From Azolla caroliniana (taxonomy: Eukaryota > Plantae > Polypodiophyta): 64,000 nt of DNA. Of this stretch, positions 26,803 to 40,100 are shown piece by piece. The DNA lies in assembly GCA_043228905.1 (NCBI GenBank), contig JBHGNT010000006.1:124001-188000 (forward strand), in the 5' to 3' direction. The first letter of the stretch is position 1. Each line of letters begins with the position of its first letter. Below the pieces are notes generated by a model. It did no database searches. It saw only the letters and a list, made by a program, of their open reading frames with translations, and was not told where the DNA came from. A program made the position numbers and the translations under genes.

Positions 26803-29277
26803 AACACAAAAATCCGATATCACACGAGCCAGGTATGAACATTTTAATTTACCTACTAGCTCTTCTCAACTCAATCCTCAAATTTGGAAATTTCGTCATG
26901 TCTCTCGACCTGAGTTTCAAAATCTTGATTTTTTAATTCCATATCATAGCTAGCGTTGTTAGCTTCGATTCGCATGTTTGTACACAAAAATCTGATATCA
27001 CACGAGCCAGGTATGAACATTTTTATTTACCTACTAGCTCTTCTCAACTCACTCCTCAAATTTGGTAATTACGTCATGTCTCTCGACCTGAGTTTCAAAA
27101 TCTTGATTTTTTAATTCTATATGATAGCTAGCATTGTTAGCTTCGAATCGCATGTTTGAATACAAAAATCCGATATCACACGAGCCAGGTATGAACATTT
27201 TTATTTACTCAAGGACTCCTCTCAACTGACTCCTCAAATTTGGTAATTACGTCATGTCTCTCGACCTGAGTTTCAGAATCTTGATTTTTTAATTCTATAT
27301 GATAGGTAGCGTTGTTAGCTTCGATTCGCATGTTTGAACACAAAAATCCGATATCACACGAGCCAGGTATGAACATTTTAATTTACCTACTAGCTCTTCT
27401 CAACTCACTCCTCAAATTTGGTAATTTCTTCATGTCTCTCGACCTGAGTTTCAAAATGTTGATTTTCTTATTCCATATCATAGCTAGCGTTGTTAGCTTC
27501 GATTCGCATGTTTGAACACAAAAATCCGATATCACACGAGCCAGGTATGAACATTTTAATTTACTTAAGGGCTCCTCTCAACTCACTCCTCAAATTTGGT
27601 AATTACGTGATGTCTCTCGACCGGAGTTTCAAAATCTTGATTTTTTAATTCTATATGATAGCTAGCGTTGTTAGCTTCGATTCGCATGTTTGAACACAAA
27701 AATCCGATATCACACGAGCCAGGTATGAACATTTTAATTTACCTACTAGCTCTTCTCAACTCAATCCTCAAATTTGGTAATTTCGTCATGTCTCTCGACC
27801 TGAGTTTCAAAATCTTGATTTTTTAATTCCATATCATAGCTAGCGTTGTTAGCTTCGATTCGCATGTTTGTACACAAAAATCTGATATCACACGAGCCAG
27901 GTATGAACATTTTTATTTACCTACTAGCTCTTCTCAACTCACTCCTCAAATTTGGTAATTACGTCATGTCTCTCGAGCTGATTTTCAAAATCTTGATTTT
28001 TTAATTCTATATGATAGCTAGCATTGTTAGCTTCCATTCGCATGTTTGAATACAAAAATCGGATATCACACGAGCCAGGTATGAACATTTTAATTTACTC
28101 AAGGACTCCTCTCAACTGACTCCTCAAATTTGGTAATTTCGTCATGTCTCTCGACCTGAGTTTCAGAATCTTGATTTTTTAATTCCATATCATAGCTAGC
28201 GTTGTTAGCTTCGATTCGCATGTTTGAATATAAAAATCCGATATCACACGAGCCAGGTATGAACATTTTTATTTACCTACTAGCTCTTCTCAACTCACTC
28301 CTCAAATTTGGTAATTTCGTCATGTCTCTCGACCTGAGTTTCAGAATCTTGATTTTTTAATTCCATATCATAGCTAGCGTTGTTAGCTTCGATTCGCATG
28401 TTTGAACACAAAAATCCGATATCACACGAGCCAGGTATGAATATTTTAATTTACCTACTAGCTCTTCTCAACTGACTCCTCAAATTTGGTAATTTCGTCA
28501 TGTCTCTCGACCTGAGTTTCAAAATCTTGATTTTTTAATTCTATATGATAGCTAGGGTTGTTAGCTTCGATTTGCATGTTTGAACACAAAAATCCGATAT
28601 CACACGAGCCAGGTATGAACATTTTTATTTACCTACTAGCTCTTCTCAACTCAATGCTCAAATTTGGTAATTTCGTCATGTCTCTCGACCTGAGTTTCAA
28701 AATCTTGATTTTTTAATTCCATATCATAGCTAGCGTTGTTAGCTTCGATTCGCATGTTTGTACACAAAAATCCGATATCACACGAACCAGGTATGAACAT
28801 TTTAATTTACTTAAGGGCTCCTCTCAACTCACTCCTCAAATTTGGTAATTACGACATGTCTCTCGACCTGAGTTTCAAAATCTTGATTTTTTAATTCTAT
28901 ATGATAGCTAGCATTGTTAGCTTCCATTCGCATGTTTGAATACAAAAATCGGATATCACACGAGCCAGGTATGAACATTTTAATTTACTCAAGGACTCCT
29001 CTCAACTGACTCCTCAAATTCGGTAATTTCGTCATGTCTCTCGACCTGAGTTTCAGAATCTTGATTTTTTAATTCCATATCATAGCTAGCGTTGTTAGCT
29101 TCGATTCGCATGTTTGAATATAAAAATCCGATGTCACACGAGCCAGGTATGAACATTTTAATTTACCTACTAGCTCTTCTCAACTCACTCCTCAAATTTG
29201 GTAATTTTGTCATGTCTCTCGACCTGAGTTTCAAAATCTTGATTTTTTAATTCCATATCATAGCTAGCGTTGTTAGC
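26803..29277. repeat. Dispersed copy of the 17725-20199 block
   Basis: Same ordered rare variants at +9078, with about four substitutions noticed between the copies. Confidence 0.88.
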
Positions 29278-29279
29278 TT

Positions 29280-30960
29280 CGATTCGCATGTTTGTACACA
29301 AAAATCCGATATCACACGAGCCAGGTATGAACATTTTAATTTACTCAAGGGCTCCTCTCAACTCACTCCTGAAATTTGGTAATTACGTCATGTCTCTCGA
29401 CCTGAGTTTCAAAATCTTGATTTTTTAATTCCATATCATAGCTAGCGTTGTTAGCTTCGATTTGCATGTTTGAACACAAAAGCCCGATATCACACGAGCC
29501 AGGTATGAACATTTTAATTTACTCAAGCGCTCCTCTCAACTCACTCCTCAAATTTGGTAATTACGTCATGTCTCTCGACCTGAGTTTCAGAATCTTGATT
29601 TTTAATTCCATATCATAGCTAGCGTTGTTAGCTTCGATTCGCATGTTTGTACACAAAAATCCGATATCACAGGAGCCAGGTATGAACATTTGAATTTACC
29701 TACTAGCTCTTCTCATCTCAATCCTCAAATTTGGTAATTTCGTCATGTCTCTCGACCTGAGTTTCAAAATCTTGATTTTTTGATTCCATATCATAGCTAG
29801 CGTTGTTAGCTTCGATTCGCCTGTTTGTACACAAAAATCCGATATCACACGAGCCAGGTATGAACATTTTAATTTACTTAAGGGCTCCTCTCAACTCACT
29901 CCTGAAATTTGGTAATTACGTCATGTCTCTCGACCTGAGTTTCAAAATCTTGATTTTTTAATTCTATATGATAGCTAGCGTTGTTAGCTTCGATTCGCAT
30001 GTTTGAACACAAATATCCGATATCACACGAGCCAGGTATGAACATTTTAATTTACCTACTAGCTCTTCTCAACTCACTCCTGAAATTTGGTAATTACGTC
30101 ATGTCTCTCGACCTGAGTTTCAAAATCTTGATTTTTTAATTCTATATGATAGCTAGCGTTGTTAGCTTCGATTCGCATGTTTGAACACAAAAATCCGATA
30201 TCACACGAGCCAGGTATGAACATTTTAATTTACCTACTAGCTCTTCTCAACTCAATCCTCAAATTTGGTAATTTCGTCATGTCTCTCGGCCTGAGTTTCA
30301 AAATCTTGATTTTTTAATTCCATATCATAGCTAGCGTTGTTAGCTTCGATTCGCATGTTTGTACACAAAAATCCGATATCACACGAGCCAGGTATGAACA
30401 TTTTAATTTACTCAAGGGCTCCTCTCAACTCACTCCTGAAATTTGGTAATTACGTCATGTCTCTCGACCTGAGTTTCAAAATCTTGATTTTTTAATTCCA
30501 TATCATAGCTAGCGTTGTTAGCTTCGATTTGCATGTTTGAACACAAAAGCCCGATATCACACGAGCCAGGTATGAACATTTTAATTTACTCAAGCGCTCC
30601 TCTCAACTCACTCCTCAAATTTGGTAATTACGTCATGTCTCTCGACCTGAGTTTCAGAATCTTGATTTTTTAATTCCATATCATAGCTAGCGTTGTTAGC
30701 TTCGATTCGCATGTTTGTACACAAAAATCCGATATCACAGGACCCAGGTATGAACATTTGAATTTACCTACTAGCTCTTCTCATCTCAATCCTCAAATTT
30801 GGTAATTTCGTCATGTCTCTCGACCTGAGTTTCAGAATCTTGATTTTTTGATTCCATATCATAGCTAGCGTTGTTAGCTTCGATTCGCCTGTTTGTACAC
30901 AAAAATCCGATATCACACGAGCCAGGTATGAACATTTTAATTTACTTAAGGGCTCCTCTC
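29280..30960. repeat. Partial 6-monomer-offset duplication, with a 1-bp T-tract deletion in the first copy
   Basis: The G of AAAAGCCCGAT is at 29482/30549 (1067 = 6x178-1). CTCATCTCAAT and TTTTGATTCC repeat at +1068. T5 replaces T6 at 29599-29603. Confidence 0.8.
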
Positions 30961-31185
30961 AACTCACTACTCAAATTTGGTAATTACGTCATGTCTCTCG
31001 ACCTGAGTTTCAAAATCTTGATTTTTTAATTCTATATGATAGCTAGCGTTGTTAGCTTCGATTCGCATGTTTGAACACAAAAATCCGATATCACACGAGC
31101 CAGGTATGAACATTTTAATTTACCTACTAGCTCTTCTCAACTCAATCCTCAAATTTGGTAATTACGTCATGTCTCTCGAGCTGAT

Positions 31186-34100
31186 TTTCAAAATCTTGAT
31201 TTTTTAATTCTATATGATAGCTAGCGTTGTTAGCTTCGATTCGCATGTTTGTACACAAAAATCTGATATCACACGAGCCAGGTATGAACATTTTTATTTA
31301 CCTACTAGCTCTTCTCAACTCACTCCTCAAATTTGGTAATTACGTCATGTCTCTCGAGCTGATTTTCAAAATCTTGATTTTTTAATTCTATATGATAGCT
31401 AGCATTGTTAGCTTCCATTCTCATGTTTGAATAGAAAAATCCGATATCACACGAGCCAGGTATGAACATTTTAATTTACTCAAGGACTCCTCTCAACTTA
31501 CTCCTCAAATTTGGTAATTTCGTCATGTCTCTCGACCTGAGTTTCAGAATCTTGATTTTTTAATTCCATATCATAGCTAGCGTTGTTAGCTTCGATTCGC
31601 ATGTTTGAACACAAATATCCGATATCACACGAGCCAGGTATGAACATTTTAATTTACCTACTAGCTCTTCTCAACTCACTCCTGAAATTTGGTAATTACG
31701 TCATGTCTCTCGACCTGAGTTTCAAAATCTTGATTTTTTAATTCTATATGATAGCTAGCGTTGTTAGCTTCGATTCGCATGTTTGAACACAAAAATCCGA
31801 TATCACACGAGCCAGGTATGAACATTTTAATTTACCTACTAGCTCTTCTCAACTCAATCCTCAAATTTGGTAATTTCGTCATGTCTCTCGGCCTGAGTTT
31901 CAAAATCTTGATTTTTTAATTCCATATCATAGCTAGCGTTGTTAGCTTCGATTCGCATGTTTGTACACAAAAATCCGATATCACACGAGCCAGGTATGAA
32001 CATTTTAATTTACTCAAGGGCTCCTCTCAACTCACTCCTAAAATTTGGTAATTACGTCATGTCTCTCGACCTGAGTTTCAAAATCTTGATTTTTTAATTC
32101 CATATCATAGCTAGCGTTGTTAGCTTCGATTTGCATGTTTGAACACAAAAATCCGATATCACACGAGCCAGGTATGAACATTTTAATTTACTCAAGCGCT
32201 CCTCTCAACTCACTCCTCAAATTTGGTAATTACGTCATGTCTCTCGACCTGAGTTTCAAAATCTTGATTTTTTAATTCTATATGATAGCTAGCGTTGTTA
32301 GCTTCGATTCGCATGTTTGAACACAAAAATCCGATATCACACGAGCCAGGTATGAACATTTTAATTTACCTACTAGCTCTTCTCAACTAACTCCTCAAAT
32401 TTGGTAATTTCGTCATGTCTCTCGACCTGAGTTTCAAAATCTTGATTTTTTAATTCCATATCATAGCTAGCGTTGTTAGCTTCGCTTCGCATGTTTGTAC
32501 ACAAAAATCCGATATCACACGAGCCAGGTATGAACATTTTAATTTACCTACTAGCTCTTCTCAACTCACTCCTCAAATTTGGTAATTTCGTCATGTCTCT
32601 CGACCTGAGTTTCAAAATCTTGATTTTTTAATTCTATATGATAGCTAGCGTTGTTAGCTTCGATTCGCATATTTGAACACAAATATCCGATATCACACGA
32701 GCCAGGTATGAACATTTTAATTTACTCAAGGGCTCCTCTCAACTCACTCCTGAAATTTGGTAATTACGTCATGTCTCTCGACCTGAGTTGCAAAATCTTG
32801 ATTTTTTAATTCTATATGATAGCTAGCGTTGTTAGCTTCGATTCGCATGTTTGAACACAAAAATCCGATATCACACGAGCCAGGTATGAACATTTTAATT
32901 TACCTACTAGCTCTTCTCAACTCAATCCTCAAATTTGGTAATTTCGTCATGTCTCTCGACCTGAGTTTCAAAATCTTGATTTTTTAATTCCATATCATAG
33001 CTAGCGTTGTTAGCTTCGATTCGCATGTTTGTACACAAAAATCTGATATCACACGAGCCAGGTATGAACATTTTTATTTACCTACTAGCTCTTCTCAACT
33101 CACTCCTCAAATTTGGTAATTACGTCATGTCTCTCGAGCTGATTTTCAAAATCTTGATTTTTTAATTCTATATGATAGCTAGCATTGTTAGCTTCCATTC
33201 TCATGTTTGAATAGAAAAATCCGATATCACACGAGCCAGGTATGAACATTTTAATTTACTCAAGGACTCCTCTCAACTGACTCCTCAAATTTGGTAATTT
33301 CGTCATGTCTCTCGACCTGAGTTTCAGAATCTTGATATTTTTATTCCATATCATAGCTAGCGTTGTTAGCTTCGATTCGCCTGTTTGAATATAAAAATCC
33401 GATGTCACACGAGCCAGGTATGAACATTTTAATTTACCTACTAGCTCTTCTCAACTAACTCCTCAAATTTGGTAATTACGTCATGTCTCTCGACCTGAGT
33501 TTCAAAATCTTGATTTTTTAATTCTATATGATAGCTAGCGTTGTTAGCTTCGATTCGCATGTTTGAACACAAAAATCCGATATCACACGAGCCAGGTATG
33601 AACATTTTAATTTACCTACTAGCTCTTCTCAACTAACTCCTCAAATTTGGTAATTTCGTCATGTCTCTCGACCTGAGTTTCAAAATCTTGATTTTTTAAT
33701 TCCATATCATAGCTAGCGTTGTTAGCTTCGCTTCGCATGTTTGTACACAAAAATCCGATATCACACGAGCCAGGTATGAACATTTTAATTTACCTACTAG
33801 CTCTTCTCAACTCACTCCTCAAATTTGGTAATTTCGTCATGTCTCTCGACCTGAGTTTCAAAATCTTGATTTTTTAATTCTATATGATAGCTAGCGTTGT
33901 TAGCTTCGATTCGCATATTTGAACACAAATATCCGATATCACACGAGCCAGGTATGAACATTTTAATTTACTCAAGGGCTCCTCTCAACTCACTCCTGAA
34001 ATTTGGTAATTACGTCATGTCTCTCGACCTGAGTTTCAAAATCTTGATTTTTTAATTCTATATGATAGCTAGCGTTGTTAGCTTCGATTCGCATGTTTGA

Positions 34101-37100
34101 ACACAAAAATCCGATATCACACGAGCCAGGTATGAACATTTTAATTTACCTACTAGCTCTTCTCAACTCAATCCTCAAATTTGGTAATTTCGTCATGTCT
34201 CTCGACCTGAGTTTCAAAATCTTGATTTTTTAATTCCATATCATAGCTAGCGTTGTTAGCTTCGATTCGCATGTTTGTACACAAAAATCTGATATCACAC
34301 GAGCCAGGTATGAACATTTTAATTTACTCAAGCGCTCCTCTCAACTCACTCCTCAAATTTGGTAATTACGTCATGTCTCTGGACCTGAGTTTCCAAATCT
34401 TGATTTTTTAATTCCATATGATAGCTAGCGTTGTTAGCTTCGATTCGCATGTTTGAACACAAAAATCCGATATCACACGAGCCAGGTATGAACATTTTAA
34501 TTTACCTACTAGCTCTTGTCAACTGAGTTCTCAAATTTGGTAATTTCGTCATGTCTCTCGACCTGAGTTTCAGAATCTTGATTTTTTAATTCCATATCAT
34601 AGCTAGCGTTGTTAGCTTCGATTCGCATGTTTGTACTCAAAAATCCGATGTTACACGAGCCAGGTATGAACATTTTTATTTACCTACTAGCTCTTCTCAA
34701 CTCAATCCTCAAATTTGGTAATTTCGTCATGTCTCTCGACCTGAGTTTCAAAATCTTGATTTTTTAATTCTATATGATAGCTAGCGTTGTTAGCTTCGAT
34801 TCGCATGTTTGAACACAAAAATCCGATATCACACGAGCCAGGTATGAACATTTTAATTTACCTACTAGCTCTTCTCAACTCAATCCTCAAATTTGGTAAT
34901 TTCTTCATGTCTCTCGACCTGAGTTTCAAAATCTTGATTTTTTAATTCTATATCATAGCTAGCGTTGTTAGCTTCGATTCGCATGTTTGTACACAAAAAT
35001 CCGATATCACAGGAGCCAGGTATGAACATTTTTATTTACTCAAGGGCTCCTCTCAACTCACTCCTCAAATTTGGTAATTACGTCATGTCTCTCGACCTGA
35101 GTTTCAAAATCTTGATTTTTTAATTTCATATCATAGCTAGCGTTGTTAGCTTCGATTTGCATGTTTGAACACAAAAATCCGATATCACACGAGCCAGGTA
35201 TGAACATTTTAATTTACTCAAGCGCTCCTCTCAACTCACTCCTCAAATTTGGTAATTACGTCATGTCTCTGGACCTGAGTTTCAAAATCTTGATTTTTTA
35301 ATTCCATATGATAGCTAGCGTTGTTAGCTTCGATTCGCATGTTTGAACACAAAAATCCGATATCACACGAGCCAGGTATGAACATTTTAAGTTACCTACT
35401 AGCTCTTCTCAACTGAGTTCTCAAATTTGGTAATTTCGTCATGTCTCTCGACCTGAGTTTCAAAATCTTGATTTTTTAATTCTATATAATAGCTAGCGTT
35501 GTTAGCTTCGATTCGCATGTTTGAACATAAAAATCCGATATCACACGAGCCAGGTATGAACATTTTAATTTACCTACTAGCTCTTCTCAACTGAATGCTC
35601 AAATTTGGTAATTTCGTCATGTCTCTCGACCTTAGTTTCAAAAACTTGATTTTTTAATTCCATATCATAGCTAGCGTTGTTAGCTTCGATTCGCATGTTT
35701 GAACACAAATATCCGATATCACACGAGCCAGGTATGAACATTTTAATTTACTCAAGGGCTCCTCTCAACTCACTCCTGAAATTTGGTAATTACGTCATGT
35801 CTCTCGACCTGAGTTTCAAAATCTTGATTTTTTAATTCTATATGATAGCTAGCGTTGTTAGCTTCGATTCGCATGTTTGAACACAAAAATCCGATATCAC
35901 ACGAGCCAGGTATGAACATTTTAATTTACCTACTAGCTCTTCTCAACTCAATCCTCAAATTTGGTAATTTCGTCATGTCTCTCGGCCTGAGTTTCAAAAT
36001 CTTGATTTTTTAATTCCATATCATAGCTAGCGTTGTTAGCTTCGATTTGCATGTTTGTACACAAAAATCCAATATCACACGAGCCAGGTATGAACATTTT
36101 TATTTACCTACTAGCTCTTCTCAACTAACTCCTCAAATTTGGTAACTTCGTCATGTCTCTCGACCTGAGTTTCAAAATCTTGATTTTTTAATTCCATATG
36201 ATAGCTAGCGTTGTTAGCTTCGCTTCGCATGTTTGTACACAAAAATCCGATATCACACGAGCCAGGTATGAACATTTTAATTTACCTACTAGCTCTTCTC
36301 AACTCAATCCTCAAATTTGGTAATTTCGTCATGTCTCTCGACCTGAGTTTCAAAATCTTGATTTTTTAATTCCATATCATAGCTAGCGTTGTTAGCTTCG
36401 ATTCGCATGTTTGTACACAAAAATCCGATATCACACGAGCCAGGTATGAACATTTTAATTTACTTAAGGGCTCCTCTCAACTCACTCCTCAAATTTGGTA
36501 ATTACGTCATGTCTCTCGACCTGAGTTTCAAAATCTTGATTTTTTAATTCTATATGATAGCTAGCGTTGTTAGCTTCGATTCGCATGTTTGAACACAAAA
36601 ATCCGATATCACACGAGCCAGGTATGAACATTTTAATTTACCTACTAGCTCTTCTCAACTCAATCCTCAAATTTGGTAATTTCGTCATGTCTCTCGACCT
36701 GAGTTTCAAAATCTTGATTTTTTAATTCCATATCATAGCTAGCGTTGTTAGCTTCGATTCGCATGTTTGTACACAAAAATCTGATATCACACGATCCAGG
36801 TATGAACATTTTTATTTACCTACTAGCTCTTCTCAACTCACTCCTCAAATTTGGTAATTACGTCATGTCTCTCGAGCTGATTTTCAAAATCTTGATTTTT
36901 TAATTCTATATGATAGCAAGCATTGTTAGCTTCCATTCGCATGTTTGAATACAAAAATCCGATATCACACGAGCTAGGTATGAACATTTTAATTTACTCA
37001 AGGACTCCTCTCAACTGACTCCTCAAATTTGGTAATTTCGTCATGTCTCTCGACCTGAGTTTCAGAATCTTGATTTTTTAACTCCATATCATAGCTAGCG

Positions 37101-40100
37101 TTGTTAGCTTCGATTCGCATGTTTGAATATAAAAATCCGATGTCACACGAGCCAGGTATGAACATTTTAATTTACCTACTAGCTCTTCTCAACTCACTCC
37201 TCAAATTTGGTAATTTTGTCATGTCTCTCGACCTGAGTTTCAGAATTTTGATTTTTTAATTCCATATCATAGCTAGCGTTGTTAGCTTCGATTTGCATGT
37301 TTGAATATAAAAATCCGATGTCACACGAGCCAGGTATGAACATTTTAATTTACCTACTAGCACTTCTCAACTCAGTTCTCATATTTGGTAATTTCGTCAT
37401 GTCTCTCGACCTGAGTTTCAAAATCTTGATTTTTTAATTCTATATGATAGCTAGCGTTGTTAGCTTCGATTCGCATGTTTGAACATAAAAATCCGATATC
37501 ACACGAGCCAGGTATGAACATTTTTATTTACCTACTAGCTCTTCTCAACTGAGTTCTCAAATTTGGTAATTTCGTCATGTCTCTCGACCTGAGTTTCAGA
37601 ATCTTGATTTTTTAATTCCATATCATAGCTAGCGTTGTTAGCTTCGATTCGCATGTTTGTACTCAAAAATCCGATGTCACACGAGCCAGGTATGAACATT
37701 TTTATTTACCTACTAGCTCTTCTCAACTCAATCCTCAAATTTGGTAATTTCGTCATGTCTCTCGACCTGAGTTTCAAAATCTTGATTTTTTAATTCTATA
37801 TGATAGCTAGCGTTGTTAGCTTCGATTCGCATGTTTGTACACAAAAATCTGATATCACACGAGCCAGGTATGAACATTTTTATTTACCTACTAGCTCTTC
37901 TCAACTCACTCCTCAAATTTGGTAATTACGTCATGTCTCTCGAGCTGATTTTCAAAATCTTGATTTTTTAATTCTATATGATAGCTAGCATTGTTAGCTT
38001 CCATTCTCATGTTTGAATAGAAAAATCCGATATCACACGAGCCAGGTATGAACATTTTAATTTACTCAAGGACTCCTCTCAACTTACTCCTCAAATTTGG
38101 TAATTTCGTCATGTCTCTCGACCTGAGTTTCAGAATCTTGATTTTTTAATTCCATATCATAGCTAGCGTTGTTAGCTTCGATTCGCATGTTTGAACACAA
38201 ATATCCGATATCACACGAGCCAGGTATGAACATTTTAATTTACCTACTAGCTCTTCTCAACTCACTCCTGAAATTTGGTAATTACGTCATGTCTCTCGAC
38301 CTGAGTTTCAAAATCTTGATTTTTTAATTCTATATGATAGCTAGCGTTGTTAGCTTCGATTCGCATGTTTGAACACAAAAATCCGATATCACACGAGCCA
38401 GGTATGAACATTTTAATTTACCTACTAGCTCTTCTCAACTCAATCCTCAAATTTGGTAATTTCGTCATGTCTCTCGGCCTGAGTTTCAAAATCTTGATTT
38501 TTTAATTCCATATCATAGCTAGCGTTGTTAGCTTCGATTCGCATGTTTGAACACAAAAATCCGATATCACACGAGCCAGGTATGAACATTTTAATTTACT
38601 CAAGGGCTCCTCTCAACTCACTCCTAAAATTTGGTAATTACGTCATGTCTCTCGACCTGAGTTTCAAAATCTTGATTTTTTAATTCCATATCATAGCTAG
38701 CGTTGTTAGCTTCGATTTGCATGTTTGAACACAAAAATCCGATATCACACGAGCCAGGTATGAACATTTTAATTTACTCAAGCGCTCCTCTCAACTCACT
38801 CCTCAAATTTGGTAATTACGTCATGTCTCTCGACCTGAGTTTCAAAATCTTGATTTTTTAATTCTATATGATAGCTAGCGTTGTTAGCTTCGATTCGCAT
38901 GTTTGAACACAAAAATCCGATATCACACGAGCCAGGTATGAACATTTTAATTTACCTACTAGCTCTTCTCAACTAACTCCTCAAATTTGGTAATTTCGTC
39001 ATGTCTCTCGACCTGAGTTTCAAAATCTTGATTTTTTAATTCCATATCATAGCTAGCGTTGTTAGCTTCGCTTCGCATGTTTGTACACAAAAATCCGATA
39101 TCACACGAGCCAGGTATGAACATTTTAATTTACCTACTAGCTCTTCTCAACTCACTCCTCAAATTTGGTAATTTCGTCATGTCTCTCGACCTGAGTTTCA
39201 AAATCTTGATTTTTTAATTCTATATGATAGCTAGCGTTGTTAGCTTCGATTCGCATATTTGAACACAAATATCCGATATCACACGAGCCAGGTATGAACA
39301 TTTTAATTTACTCAAGGGCTCCTCTCAACTCACTCCTGAAATTTGGTAATTACGTCATGTCTCTCGACCTGAGTTGCAAAATCTTGATTTTTTAATTCTA
39401 TATGATAGCTAGCGTTGTTAGCTTCGATTCGCATGTTTGAACACAAAAATCCGATATCACACGAGCCAGGTATGAACATTTTAATTTACCTACTAGCTCT
39501 TCTCAACTCAATCCTCAAATTTGGTAATTTCGTCATGTCTCTCGACCTGAGTTTCAAAATCTTGATTTTTTAATTCCATATCATAGCTAGCGTTGTTAGC
39601 TTCGATTCGCATGTTTGTACACAAAAATCTGATATCACACGAGCCAGGTATGAACATTTTTATTTACCTACTAGCTCTTCTCAACTCACTCCTCAAATTT
39701 GGTAATTACGTCATGTCTCTCGAGCTGATTTTCAAAATCTTGATTTTTTAATTCTATATGATAGCTAGCATTGTTAGCTTCCATTCTCATGTTTGAATAG
39801 AAAAATCCGATATCACACGAGCCAGGTATGAACATTTTAATTTACTCAAGGACTCCTCTCAACTGACTCCTCAAATTTGGTAATTTCGTCATGTCTCTCG
39901 ACCTGAGTTTCAGAATCTTGATATTTTTATTCCATATCATAGCTAGCGTTGTTAGCTTCGATTCGCCTGTTTGAATATAAAAATCCGATGTCACACGAGC
40001 CAGGTATGAACATTTTAATTTACCTACTAGCTCTTCTCAACTAACTCCTCAAATTTGGTAATTACGTCATGTCTCTCGACCTGAGTTTCAAAATCTTGAT

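Noticed and set aside
713-27515. The 15 ORFs (67-107 aa) in the supplied track, on both strands
   Set aside because: They are translations of 1-2 satellite monomers, open only where the variant AAAATGTTGATTTTCTTATT and its neighbours remove stop codons. They overlap on opposite strands, recur with the HORs and resemble no protein family I recognise.
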